Made by a program: the position numbers and the translations under genes. The notes under the pieces were generated by a model. The model ran no database searches, was not told the origin of the DNA, and saw only the letters and a program-made list of their open reading frames with translations. From Rubripirellula sp. (GTDB lineage: Bacteria; Planctomycetota; Planctomycetia; Pirellulales; Pirellulaceae), in contig OZ244207.1 in NCBI GenBank assembly GCA_965216875.1, positions 3,904,001 through 3,968,000 of the forward strand: a stretch of 64,000 nucleotides of DNA, in the 5' to 3' direction. This document shows, piece after piece, positions 38,801 to 52,483 of the stretch (within the stretch, counting starts at the first letter, position 1; the number at the start of each line of letters is the position of its first letter).

Positions 38801-40775
38801 GGATGCAGAATTCATCGAACTGCAAAACATCACCTCGGGCGCAACCTCCGAGACGATCGATCTTGATTCGCTGCAATTGACCGACGGACCTTCGTCGCCG
38901 TTCGTCTTTCCGCTGGGGACGTCGCTTGGTCCTGGGCAAGTCGCACTTCTCGTGCGCGACCAAACGGCATTCACCGCTGCGTACCCAACGGTCGATTCGA
39001 ATCTGATCGTCGGCCAATACGTCGGAAAACTCTCAAATGGTGGCGAACGAGTTCGATTGCTCGACGCGACTGGGCAAGAAATTGTCGACATCAACTACGA
39101 AGACAACGACCCGTGGCCACGTTGGCCTGATGGATTCGGCGGCAGTCTGGAACTTATTGCCCCCGCGGCAACGCCCAGCGGCCAAAGCGGAAAACCGCAT
39201 CGCTGGCGTGGGAGCGCCGCCCCGAACGGGACGCCGGGCAACGTGCCAGTTGCACCCGCTGGGGTGGTGATCAACGAGGTGCTCGCCCACACCGACCAGC
39301 CGCTGGTCGATTCCATCGAGCTTTTCAACACAACCACGCAAGACATCGATATTGGCGGCTGGTACCTCAGCGATGACGGAGAGAATCCGTTCAAATTTCA
39401 AATTCCCGCGGCAACGATCCTTGCTGCCGGTGGCACAGTCGTCTTCAACGAAGACGATTTCAATCCCCAACCAACCACCCCAAACAACTTCGCGCTCAAC
39501 AGCAGCGAGGGTGACGAAGTTTGGCTGACCCAGGGCGATGGAACGAACATCACCCAATTCGTGGACCAAGTGAGTTTCGGCGCAACGTTCAATGGGGTTT
39601 CCATTGGCCGAGTTGCCGATGGCAACCGACTTGTGCCACTTGCCGCACCCAGCCTCGGCGAGATCAACGGAATGTTTGCCATTTCGGATATTGTCTTGTC
39701 CGAGATCAATTATCACCCCGGTGATCCAAGCAGTGCTGCACTCGCGATCGATCCCAGCCTAACGGACAACGATCTCGAGTTTGTCGAAATCTACAATCGC
39801 CTGGATTCGTCCACTGATTTGACGAATTGGCGCGTGCGCGGAGACGCCGACTTCGATTTCGTAGCGGCAACTCAACTGGGCGGAAAAGGCTCGTTAGTGA
39901 TCGTTGGGTTTGATCCAGAAGTCGCCGCAAACGCGACGCGACTGGCCGCGTTCCGAACGCACTACGGAATTGACGCAAGCGTTTCGATTGTCGGTCCGTT
40001 TACTGGCGGACTCGGAAACGGATTTGGGTTGGTCAAGCTGCAAGCTCCCGATTCTCCACCCGCAGAAACCCCGACGCTCATTCCGCGCGTTGTGGTCGAC
40101 GAAGTCCTCTACGACGATTTCGCTCCTTGGCCCACGGCGGCCGACGGCAATGGACCGTCACTGCAACGAATCAGTCCATCGACATTGGGAACCTATTCAG
40201 GCAGTTGGATCGCTCACACCCCGAGCCCCGGTAACTCGCCCGCTGGGCCAGAGGTTGAATCCATCGTCATTAACGGCGGTTCGGCAACGCGTTCGACGGT
40301 GACGCGAATCGATGTGCAGTTCGATGGCCAGGTCGATGTATCGGAAAACTCCTTCACGTTGGTCAACACAACCACCGGCGAGGAGGTCACTGGTCTGCAA
40401 GTCACGCCTACGTTGGTCGATGGAAAAACGCTGGCAACCCTTTCGTTTATTGCCGGGCCGTCGGTGATCAGTGGAACGGAACCAACCTTGGCAAACACCC
40501 TGGCAGACGGCGACTATCAACTCACGATCCACGCAACCATGATCACTTCGCAATCCTCTGGTTTTGCGATGACAGCCGATACAACGGACAGTTTCTTTCG
40601 CGACTACGGCGACCAAGACGGAAACGGTGCGGTCAATCTGTTCGACTTTGCCGCATTCCGAAACGCGTTTTCACGAATCCTCGGCGATCCACTCTACCGA
40701 GAGGATTTCGACAGCAACCGAGACGGCGTCATCAACCTCTTCGACTTCGCCACCTTCCGAGGAGGCTGGGGTTGA
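35814..40775 (+). CDS. Large surface protein: lamin-tail domains, FN3-associated domain, CotH kinase-like domain, dockerin-like C-terminus
   Basis: ERLENRELLA leader, four LTDs (NEFLA/TEIHF/NEVLA/SEINY...IEL.N), YTTDGS.P twice, YWGVYNVHE...WDAE, and paired DxDGNG.VN..DF motifs. Confidence 0.9.
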   Translation: MVRPSNRCRARRRRRQRILKSERLENRELLAADVRLNEFLASNDQGLFDGNGNQPDWIELTNVGDQLADLAGWHLTDDATNLNKWTFPDVAASDLMPGDFLVVFASGDGTPDLAGNLHTNFELSASGEYLALVDPLLNIVSEFGTGQSDYPPQRTDISYGIDSTQNTRYMLTPTPGSANGIGFEGFVKDTTFSVDRGYFVSAFDVVIASDTVDATIIYTTDGSEPTLTNGTQVASSPGLTPSATVPIATTTTLRAAAFKTDFLETNVDTQTYLFLADVGSQSNTPTGFPTTWGSAPAADYEMDPEIVTSYGQELIDALGDLPALSIATDVDGLFGGGGIYSNPTNSNLEIPVSAEYILTDGSTGFQIDAGLKIAGGASRNPNNSPKHSMSLRFRNEYGASRLEYEMFEGSPVTSFNSLQLRAMYNNSWIHWDNGQRSRGTLIRDQFIRDSLIAAGQDDAGRGSYAHLFLNGLYWGVYNVHERHDAAHYAEYHGGNSEDYDALNGGAPIDGNITSWNQLKTIVQGGDWNAIQQVLDVDNFIDWSIAMAFGGNADLKTNGNWRAAGGGPAGGLWRMYSWDAERIFEGLTAKPPSTITDATGMFNDLVQVPEFVVRFGDRIQEHFFADGALTPEKVIQRWEQRVDELSKAMVAESARWGDYRRDVHPRGATPSLYERDVHWNNENTRLLNDYLPFRSDFVVSQYINDGLMPSVPAPRFSVDGTFQDGGQVIAGSELRLISNEASVFYTTDGSDPRQVGGAPHPGATEYQPNVTATTLLAADSVWKYHDLGIDLGQAWREPSFDDSSWSAGNAELGFGEGDEATVVSFGGDPSMKHRTTYFRSQFNASANDLTALTLRLRRDDGAVVYLNGQEIVRDNMPPGSITYSTAALQAAPDDGNTWLLFDVPSELIQLGSNTLAVEIHQNSNTSSDLSFNAELIATEQTETPIVLNDSLSIRARTRAADGTWSAITDSLFLVPHVPASAVNLRITEIHFNPRDDGDAEFIELQNITSGATSETIDLDSLQLTDGPSSPFVFPLGTSLGPGQVALLVRDQTAFTAAYPTVDSNLIVGQYVGKLSNGGERVRLLDATGQEIVDINYEDNDPWPRWPDGFGGSLELIAPAATPSGQSGKPHRWRGSAAPNGTPGNVPVAPAGVVINEVLAHTDQPLVDSIELFNTTTQDIDIGGWYLSDDGENPFKFQIPAATILAAGGTVVFNEDDFNPQPTTPNNFALNSSEGDEVWLTQGDGTNITQFVDQVSFGATFNGVSIGRVADGNRLVPLAAPSLGEINGMFAISDIVLSEINYHPGDPSSAALAIDPSLTDNDLEFVEIYNRLDSSTDLTNWRVRGDADFDFVAATQLGGKGSLVIVGFDPEVAANATRLAAFRTHYGIDASVSIVGPFTGGLGNGFGLVKLQAPDSPPAETPTLIPRVVVDEVLYDDFAPWPTAADGNGPSLQRISPSTLGTYSGSWIAHTPSPGNSPAGPEVESIVINGGSATRSTVTRIDVQFDGQVDVSENSFTLVNTTTGEEVTGLQVTPTLVDGKTLATLSFIAGPSVISGTEPTLANTLADGDYQLTIHATMITSQSSGFAMTADTTDSFFRDYGDQDGNGAVNLFDFAAFRNAFSRILGDPLYREDFDSNRDGVINLFDFATFRGGWG

Positions 40776-40854
40776 GCCACGTTCCACCCCCAATCCAACC
40801 AACGAAGTTAGTGATTTGTCGGCAGCATCTTTTCGTGTGCCGGATCGGTAAGTG

Positions 40855-41122
40855 AGCCGCGAAGAACACAAAAGGGCACGAAAAGACACAAAAACAAAGA
40901 CGTGCCAAATGCATTCTGTGACTTGTCGATCGTATCAGAGAACGCGAACTGCACACGTTTGAAACATGAGCAAATCGAGAGTCTGTTCTCTTCGTGCCTT
41001 GTTGTGCTTCTTGTGGCCCTCACTTCTTGAGCCCACCGCATTCAAAATCACGCATGATTCGAGTCGGTAGCGAGCTGAAGAGAAGAGGCAGCCACAAAAA
41101 ACACGAAAAGGCACGAAAAAAG
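40855..41122. repeat. A-rich imperfect inverted repeats (family J, AGCCACAAAAAACACGAAAAGGCACGAAAA-like)
   Basis: Copies at about 40855-40895 (+), 40988-41018 (-) and 41090-41122 (+). Confidence 0.6.
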
Positions 41123-41330
41123 AGACGTGCTTCAGAGTGTCGATCGAATTAGCGAGCGAGCACCCTCTCTTCTTGAGCTCAGCACATTCCAACTCGCGTA
41201 TGATTCGAATCGGTCGTGAGCTGTAGAGAAAAGGTTGCCATCCTCATTTCCCCAAACAGAGCTTCGGCCGGAAACCGTGCGCTCTTCCGCCTGAAGGCGG
41301 CATTACGAACGGAGGGCCTAAAAAGGCAAT

Positions 41331-41368
41331 AAAAAAACCCTTTGCAGCCGAAGCTACAAAGGGTTTTT
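41331..41368 (-). terminator. Intrinsic terminator of the rRNA unit
   Basis: Minus strand reads ACCCTTTGTAGC-TTCG-GCTGCAAAGGGT followed by a T run, directly after 5S. Confidence 0.9.
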
Positions 41369-41372
41369 AAAA

Positions 41373-41482
41373 ATCCGGCAATACCTACTTTCACGCTGGT
41401 GTGCACTATCATCGGCTCGGAAAGCTTGACTGCTGTGTTCGGGATGGGAACAGGTAGAACCTTTCCGATATGGTCGCCGGAA
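41373..41482 (-). rRNA. rrf: 5S rRNA (short, about 109 nt)
   Basis: Minus strand reads TCCGGCGACCATA...CCCATCCCGAACAC...GTAGGTATTGCCGGA. Confidence 0.97.
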
Positions 41483-41641
41483 AGACCACACATACGGGTA
41501 TTCCACCGCATGTGGGCCAGTTGTTTGGTAGTTGTATTGAAAAGAACCGCGTTTCTAGTTGACGCGTTGTGTGTTTCCTAAGCGAGTTAGAAAACGTTGT
41601 CATTGATGATCTGGTTAGATATCCGAGTGCGGGATATCGAT

Positions 41642-44535
<2,894 letters not shown>

Positions 44536-44893
44536 ACCGAAATCCCGAACTCGGTTTCCACTCTCAGCCGAAGCCAACAGCGGCAACCAAATCAAGATCT
44601 CGTTAGTTTCTCTACCTAACGATATCACATGTGTTGCCATGCCCAATCTCGATTGACTTACCAATGGCAAGCCTGCCAAAATCGTTCATGGCACGTTGCA
44701 CAGAATCCTAATCAGAATTCATCAAACAACTTCCGCCAGCTCGCTTCAGCAACCGCCTCGAAAGGAGATCACTTCCACACAGCTCGCTTCGTTGTCAACG
44801 CTTCAAAAAGAACTTGTTTTAACCGACGGCTCGCAAGTTGCCTTGCCAACCATCGAGTTGCTCTTTTCAGATGCCAACTACCAAACAACCAAA

Positions 44894-44906
44894 TTGTCAA
44901 AAATCA
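44894..44906 (-). promoter_or_regulatory. boxA-like rRNA antitermination site
   Basis: Minus strand TGATTTTTGACAA versus consensus TGCTCTTTAACAA, downstream of the predicted promoters. Confidence 0.65.
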
Positions 44907-45005
44907 GTACCCCGCGTTGGCCGTCGGCCGGTGCGGAGGACGCTGCCTGAGAGCAGCCGCTGAGCCAGTTAACTGACTCAGCGGACGACCTCAGGCGAGT
45001 CGCGG

Positions 45006-45035
45006 ATGTTATCAAAAGACGCTTCAGCCCGTCAA
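45006..45035 (-). promoter_or_regulatory. Candidate sigma70 promoter P2 for 23S-5S
   Basis: TTGACG-N18-TAACAT with a TG extension. Confidence 0.55.
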
Positions 45036-45172
45036 TGGGTTCAGCTCTTTTGTCGACCATTTTTTTGTGAGCGAGTCGTGCGATTCAACGCCGGATACTT
45101 GCCACAGTTTTGGTCGGGATGATCAGCGATGAAGCCGATCAAGTGTCGCCGCTTGTTTGCTGCGAGGGGAGA

Positions 45173-45200
45173 AATTTAGCGTCCCAGCCGCAGGGGTCAA
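45173..45200 (-). promoter_or_regulatory. Candidate sigma70 promoter P1 for 23S-5S
   Basis: TTGACC-N16-TAAATT with AT-rich upstream sequence; 16-bp spacers are typical of rrn promoters. Confidence 0.7.
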
Positions 45201-45313
45201 CACCTAATCTGAATTTCTTTCTGATGAATCCTTAACTTTCTGTTTCGCCGCCTTTCGGCGACTGTTTCGCACCCTTGTGGGCACAAAACGCTGCGACCTT
45301 TCGATCACAGAAG

Positions 45314-45386
45314 TGGAGGTGGACGGACTTGAACCGACGACCCTCTGCTTGCAAAGCAGATGCTCTCCCAACTGAGCTACACCCCC
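45314..45386 (-). tRNA. tRNA-Ala (TGC)
   Basis: Cloverleaf, TGC anticodon, G3:U70 pair; CCA end not encoded. Confidence 0.97.
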
Positions 45387-45472
45387 GGGAAGGGCGGAAG
45401 ATTAGAGTTTCAATCTTTGGCTGTCAACGCCTTAATGCATCGTTAGCCAAACTCTTTTCACTTCCGGAAAAG

Positions 45473-45546
45473 TGGGCGTGCCAGAACTCGAATCTGGGAC
45501 CTCATCCTTATCAGGGATGCGCTCTAACCAACTGAGCTACACGCCC
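45473..45546 (-). tRNA. tRNA-Ile (GAT)
   Basis: Cloverleaf GGGCGTGTAGCTCAGTTGG...CTGATAA...CACGCCCA; CCA end not encoded. Confidence 0.96.
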
Positions 45547-45602
45547 GGAATTTTGCTGTGATTGACCGCCGTTTTGGCTCGCAGTCACTGGCAAAGGGCA
45601 AG

Positions 45603-45630
45603 AGTGTACGCAAACTCCCTGACCTGTCAA
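45603..45630 (-). promoter_or_regulatory. Candidate sigma70 promoter for the tRNA pair
   Basis: TTGACA-N16-TACACT, ending 56 nt upstream of tRNA-Ile. Confidence 0.75.
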
Positions 45631-45930
45631 AGGTGGAAACCCCACAAGCTGGCAAAGTTCCTGATCCCTCAGCCGGAACAACCTACCCAATGCTGCCGGG
45701 ACGGATCCGTTGGTGCCGGGATCTCGCGTTACTCTTTGCCGAAGCGGCAAATCCGCTAGGACAACATCGGCAAGCCGAATCGATAACTTTCGCAACTTCT
45801 GACCCTTTGTCACCCAAAATCGACATTCTCATCAGCCCCCAGGTTCGGGCAAAATGTGCAAATCCCGAGGTGCAACTCAACAGACCGTTGGTGCCGCGGA
45901 GCTCCGCAACGGAATCAATAACGTTCAATC

Positions 45931-47970
45931 TTGACTTCAATGATGGATCACCAGTCGATGAAACCTTCCCCCTCCCAGTTTGAGCAACCTACGAATCCCG
46001 GCCTTGAGGGCCTCGTGGGTCGCCGAAATAGCGACCTCAAACGCCACACCTCTTTCCTGGCCAGCGTCGCTTGCACCCCACTTTGGTGCACGGCTTTCTT
46101 CGTGGCCGCCATGACAACAACATTCGTGACCTCGGCAGCCCATGCTGCTCCTCCCACCGCCAAAGCCGCACTGGCGCTCAAACCGGTCCAACGTGGTGAC
46201 GTTGATTACGAACAAGTCCCGGCCGATCAAGTCGACGGATGCAGCGTCGAAGACATCACCATCAAAGGCTGGTCCGGCTGGGAAGTGATCGCGGCAGACG
46301 GCTCGATCCTGCGTCGGTTCGCAGACACCAACGGCGACAAGAAGGTCGATCTTTGGAGCTATTTCAATTACGGCGTGGAGGTCTATCGCGATGTCGATGC
46401 CAACTTCAACGGCAAAGCGGACCAATACCGATGGCTCAGCACCGGCGGGACGCGCTGGGGCCTGGACGATGACGAAGATGGCAAAATCGATCGCTGGAAA
46501 CAGATCTCTGCCGAAGAGGCTTCCTCCGAATTGGTCGCCGCCATTCGAGACGGCGATCGCCAGCGTTTTGCACGCCTGTTGATCTCGGCTTCGGAAATCA
46601 AGTCACTCGGTTTGGGCCGAGAAAAAGCAGAAGAAATCACCGTCAAAGCACGCCGCGCGGCCCAGGATTTCGGTGCTCTCGCTGACCGCCAGAAAGTGGT
46701 CGGGGCCAACGCCGAATGGGTTCAATTCGCCGCCTCGCCTCCCGGTGTCGTGCCGCAGGGAACTTACGGCTCGACCCGCGACGTGATCGTCTACGAAAAC
46801 GCGGTTGCAATGTACGAACAAGCCGGAAAGAGCGGCCAATTGCTTGTCGGCACGGTCGTCAAAGTTGGCAACGCCTGGCGTTTGGTCGAACTGCCGTCGG
46901 TCTCAGGCGATGGAGATACGATCGCTCAAACGACCGGCATCTTCTTCACCCCCGGTGGCTCGGCGCTGGCCGCAGGTGCCTCGCAAGACCTCGGCGAGTT
47001 GACGCAACAATTGGTGCGTCGACTCGAAGAAATCGATACCAAACTCGCCACGGCAAGCTCCGCAAGTGACCTCGAACAACTTCATGAAGACCGCGCGGGC
47101 GTTGTCGAAGACCTGATCAAAGCCTCCGCCAATCGGACTGAGCGTGATACCTGGGTCCGCCAACTCGTCGACACGCTGGGCGTCGCCGTTCAAACGGGAG
47201 CCTACAAGAAGGGATCGACCCGTCTGCGCCGCGTTTCGACCGATTTCGCCGGCGATGACGAGGCTTTGAAGGCCTATGCCGACTACCGAGCGATCGAAAC
47301 GGAATACTCGATTCGCCAATCTCCCGATGCCGATTTTGCGAAGGTCCAAGCGTGGTACCTCGAATCGCTGACCGGGTTTGTTGAGCGATACCCGCGCACC
47401 GCGGAGACCGCTCAGGCCTACATGCAGCTGGCGCTGAGCAAGGAATTCGAGGGCAAAGAACGCGAAGCGTTGGCCTACTACAAACGAGTCGCCAGCGGCT
47501 TTGGAAACACCGGCGTTGGCACCAAAGCGTCCGGCGCTGTCCGCCGTCTCGAGTCGGTCGGCAAGAAGATCGACCTCGAAGGAACGACGATCGAAGGCCA
47601 ATCATTCCGCTTGTCGAGCCTGCGTGGCAAACCGGTCGTCCTTCACTACTGGGCAACCTGGTGTGAACCGTGCAAACAGGACATGAAGCTGCTCCGCCGA
47701 CTACAGGCGAGCTACCAACGGGCCGGTTTGAAGATTGTCGGCGTCAACGTCGACGTGACCCGAGAAATGGCCAACGATTTCCTCTCCGCAACGCCGCTGC
47801 CTTGGACTCAGCTGTACGACGAAGGAAGTCTCGAAGCGAGCCGACTGGCAAACGCATTCGGCGTTCAAACGCTGCCAACGATGATGTTGATCGACAAGGA
47901 AGGCAAAGTCGTTCGCCACAACGTCACCGGCGCCGAATTGGATGCCGAACTCAAAGCGCTGCTGAAGTAG
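45931..47970 (+). CDS. Exported TlpA/thioredoxin-like (WCEPC) multidomain protein
   Basis: C-terminal LRGKPVVLHYWATWCEPC...LPTMMLID and N-terminal acidic Dx[DN]xxG-type loops. True start may be downstream. Confidence 0.88.
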   Translation: MTSMMDHQSMKPSPSQFEQPTNPGLEGLVGRRNSDLKRHTSFLASVACTPLWCTAFFVAAMTTTFVTSAAHAAPPTAKAALALKPVQRGDVDYEQVPADQVDGCSVEDITIKGWSGWEVIAADGSILRRFADTNGDKKVDLWSYFNYGVEVYRDVDANFNGKADQYRWLSTGGTRWGLDDDEDGKIDRWKQISAEEASSELVAAIRDGDRQRFARLLISASEIKSLGLGREKAEEITVKARRAAQDFGALADRQKVVGANAEWVQFAASPPGVVPQGTYGSTRDVIVYENAVAMYEQAGKSGQLLVGTVVKVGNAWRLVELPSVSGDGDTIAQTTGIFFTPGGSALAAGASQDLGELTQQLVRRLEEIDTKLATASSASDLEQLHEDRAGVVEDLIKASANRTERDTWVRQLVDTLGVAVQTGAYKKGSTRLRRVSTDFAGDDEALKAYADYRAIETEYSIRQSPDADFAKVQAWYLESLTGFVERYPRTAETAQAYMQLALSKEFEGKEREALAYYKRVASGFGNTGVGTKASGAVRRLESVGKKIDLEGTTIEGQSFRLSSLRGKPVVLHYWATWCEPCKQDMKLLRRLQASYQRAGLKIVGVNVDVTREMANDFLSATPLPWTQLYDEGSLEASRLANAFGVQTLPTMMLIDKEGKVVRHNVTGAELDAELKALLK

Positions 47971-48366
47971 CCCCGTTCGTCGTCTCAAACCCAGGCGGAA
48001 TGCGAGTCGCTTCCGCCTGGAGATCCGCACGACGAGCGGCCGGCTCGGGCGGCGAGGTTCGCCCCCGCGCCCACCGATCGAGGTAACAAGCTGTAACCCA
48101 ATGCTCGTGATTTTCACCAAAGCAAGGTATAATGCGGGAACAGATGTTGGTCGGACTGTGGAAAGAGTCCGTGAATGCTCGGCGGTTTCGAGACCCGTCC
48201 AACGCGTTTTTGATTGCCCCAGCCGATTCGGTCGCCTACGACTGCCGCTCATTCGTTGACTCGGCGGCATGGTGACTCAAACGGCAATCGAAGCATCAAG
48301 GAGGGCTGGAATGTGATTCCAGTCGCCGATTGGGGCCCTTTTCACAAAGACTGCGACATATCAGAG

Positions 48367-48762
48367 ATGGCCAAGCGGAAAGACCTTCGCAGTAAGCTGA
48401 AGGCTGCAGATCGGCGTCGAAAACGGCGGCCCGAAGCGACCGCTGCTCCCGTTGCGCCCTCGCCCACCATCGATGTTACCGGACTGTTGATCGAGCGAAT
48501 TCTCGATGATTCTGAGACGCCTCGACAAGATGCCGTCGTCCTCTCCGCACTGCGAGCGGTTCTTAACCAGATCCCGCCGAACCGCCCAGAGCCCCTCGAG
48601 CTGTACCAGCAGATCCTCGAGCTCCAGCAACGCGAGGACGTTCCTGCGCGGGCATTGCGTTCGGCCATCGAACAGCTGATCGCGATGGCCAACGACCAAC
48701 GACAAGCGGGCCCCGGCGTGGCAAACCCGTTTATCAGCTACCTGTCGCTGATGGTTTCGTAA
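48367..48762 (+). CDS. Hypothetical protein with a basic N-terminus
   Basis: MAKRKDLRSKLKAADRRRKRR followed by a helical domain; fills the gap. Confidence 0.6.
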   Translation: MAKRKDLRSKLKAADRRRKRRPEATAAPVAPSPTIDVTGLLIERILDDSETPRQDAVVLSALRAVLNQIPPNRPEPLELYQQILELQQREDVPARALRSAIEQLIAMANDQRQAGPGVANPFISYLSLMVS

Positions 48763-48963
48763 AGCAGATCCGGCAAACGCCACCCAGCAGATCAAGCCCG
48801 GCCGCTTACGCGATCGCGGCTCAAAAGCAGGTAGGCCGGATCAAGGAGCGACAGCGACGCAGATCCGGCAGAATCTCGTCAGTTCCACCCCGATCGCATG
48901 ACGTACGCAGAGGACGCGGAGCGTCCAAGTCGTGCGTTCCCACGGGGACCGTGGGAACGAGGG
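48763..48963. repeat. REP mosaic between convergent genes
   Basis: Inverted D2 at 48796-48823, B at 48831-48870, and F at 48910-48962. Confidence 0.8.
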
Positions 48964-48988
48964 ATGGGGTAGCGGGACGACGAATCGA

Positions 48989-50467
<1,479 letters not shown>

Positions 50468-50699
50468 CTCTCTAGTTACCCAATTCAAATAAGGAGGGAA
50501 TTGTCTCGTACATCAACATTCAAAGGTTCGCCTATTGGGGTCGGATTCTAGGCTCTGAACGAGAAACGAAAAGGAGTCTGTCCCTTGGAAAGACGTTAGG
50601 TGGCCCGATCATCCATCAAGCTCGGCAAGTTGGCGAGGAGAGGGTCATTGGCGCGCGATTTGCCCTGAAGTCATGGCAGACAATCGACCGTACCTACCA

Positions 50700-50805
50700 A
50701 CACTCTCCCCTGGGAGAGTCGGGCTCGAAGGCCCGGAGAGGGTCTGTTTTGCAACGCCCCCTCCCCGGGCTTTAGCGCCCGACCCTCCCGCAAGCGGGAG
50801 GGTGA
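50700..50805. repeat. Palindromic repeat family A copy
   Basis: Reverse complement of the elements at 18-99 and 59580-59658. Confidence 0.8.
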
Positions 50806-51029
50806 TTGTTGGAGCTACGGCAAATGGACAGACCACCCTCGCGATGGGGGTGGGTTACGAGACAATCAGCCCGCATCACCCGAACAAACGGCAAGGTTTT
50901 GACGATTCGTGTCCAGGATCGAGCAAGTTTGTTGATGAACCGAGATCGTCGGATTATCGTCAGGGGGTGCACCTGCGCGGAAGCTGCGCAGGCTCTAATC
51001 CACCGTTCAGGCCTTCCTTGGCAGACCCT

Positions 51030-52415
51030 ATGAACAAGCTTTTTCGCTTCACAGCTTTCCTTGTCGTTTGCGGCCTCTCGCTCACGATTTCGTCACTTGC
51101 GCACGCTCAAGATGGTGGCGACACTAACATTTTTGCCGACCCCATCGCTGGTGTTGATGTCGATGCAAAAGGCGTTTTGCGAGTTCGACAAGTTGACCCA
51201 CGTGCGGCTCAAGCACGCCTTCGCGCCGCGCGACAGGTCAACAACGACCTGATGCGACCGTCGGAGCTGCGAAAGATTTCGCTCAACCGCCTGGAAGCCG
51301 CCATCGATGCACGCATCGCCGAGGGATTGAATCCCAGCGATGAAATGAATGCTCTGGCCGGCCTCACCTCCGTCCAATACGTCTTCTTCTATCCGGAATC
51401 GGGTGACATCGTCATTGCCGGTCCCGCCGAAGGATTCGTCGCCGACCCAACCGAACGTTTCGTCGGCATGCAAAGCGGTCGCCCCGTCGTCTTGCTCGAA
51501 GACCTCGTCACCGCCCTTCGTGCTTATGCACCTGGCGAACGAGCCACACCGATCATCAGCGTTTCGATCGATCCAACCCAAGAGGGCCTGCAACAGATGC
51601 AGCAGTTCCTCGCCTCGGTTCGCGGTCGCGTCCGCCCCACCAACAGCGACGCACAACGGCTTGCCAACGGTCTGAAAAACAACCTCGGACTGCAAACGGT
51701 CACGATCAAGGGCATCCCCACCTCGACTCACTTCGCACGCGTGTTGGTCGAAGCCGACTACCGCATGAAGCTGATCGGTATCGGCCTGGAGCGCTTGCCC
51801 ATCCGTATGCAGAGCTATGTTGACCGCGCCAACGCAAGCACCGTCGGTGCCAACGCCATGGAACGCTGGTACTTCCAACCCAACTACGACGGCATCTCGG
51901 TCAGCGAAGATGGATTGGCAATGAAGATCAACGAGCGTGGCGTTCAACTCGTCGGTGCTCACGAACGTGTCAACGGCGGCAAGCGTGTCGCTGGCGGACG
52001 CGTCAATCGAGCAAGCCAAGCGTTCTGCCAAGACTTCACCAAGAACTATCCGCTGATCGCCGAGCGTGTTCGCATCTATGACGAACTTCGCCAGCTGATC
52101 GACGTTTCGATTGCGGCCGCCTACATCCACGAGCAAGACTTCTACGGTCAAGCCGGCTGGTCGATGCCAACGCTGTTGGACGAGTCGAAGGTTTCGGTTG
52201 AAGTCCACACCGCTCCACAACAAGTTGAAACAGCGGTTAACGCGATCTGGCGAGGCAACAAGTTGATGACCCCACTCGGTGGTGGCGTCAACATGCAGCC
52301 ACGCGTTGCTCTCAACAGCGACCACAAGATGGTCGACGCCAAGGGCGAAAACCTAAAGGTCAAAAAGGTGGCCGGCCCCGAAGGACTCGAATCTGGCCAA
52401 TGGTGGTGGGACTGA
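51030..52415 (+). CDS. Exported DUF1598-like protein, paralog 1
   Basis: Signal peptide from MNKLF, AGVDVDA.G, LRKISL.RL, DIVIAGP, SIDPT and VEADYRMK; ends WWWD. Confidence 0.8.
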   Translation: MNKLFRFTAFLVVCGLSLTISSLAHAQDGGDTNIFADPIAGVDVDAKGVLRVRQVDPRAAQARLRAARQVNNDLMRPSELRKISLNRLEAAIDARIAEGLNPSDEMNALAGLTSVQYVFFYPESGDIVIAGPAEGFVADPTERFVGMQSGRPVVLLEDLVTALRAYAPGERATPIISVSIDPTQEGLQQMQQFLASVRGRVRPTNSDAQRLANGLKNNLGLQTVTIKGIPTSTHFARVLVEADYRMKLIGIGLERLPIRMQSYVDRANASTVGANAMERWYFQPNYDGISVSEDGLAMKINERGVQLVGAHERVNGGKRVAGGRVNRASQAFCQDFTKNYPLIAERVRIYDELRQLIDVSIAAAYIHEQDFYGQAGWSMPTLLDESKVSVEVHTAPQQVETAVNAIWRGNKLMTPLGGGVNMQPRVALNSDHKMVDAKGENLKVKKVAGPEGLESGQWWWD

Positions 52416-52453
52416 TCCCAGCCTCCCCCCGAATCCAACCCAATATCGACACG

Positions 52454-52483
52454 AAACGCCCTCATTCTTGAGGGCGTTTTTTT
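52454..52483 (+). terminator. Intrinsic terminator
   Basis: AAACGCCCTCA-TTCT-TGAGGGCGTTT followed by a T run. Confidence 0.85.

Noticed and set aside
44757..44778. Vestige of the 16S 3' end (minus strand GTGATCTCCTTTC)
   Set aside because: Only about 8 nt match, and it lies on the wrong side of the tRNAs for an ancestral 16S position.
50673..51029. N-terminal extension of DUF1598 paralog 1 (likewise those of gltA, the GNAT protein and ybeY)
   Set aside because: The extensions run through repeats, intergenic DNA or neighbouring genes; downstream Met codons give proper signal peptides or family starts.
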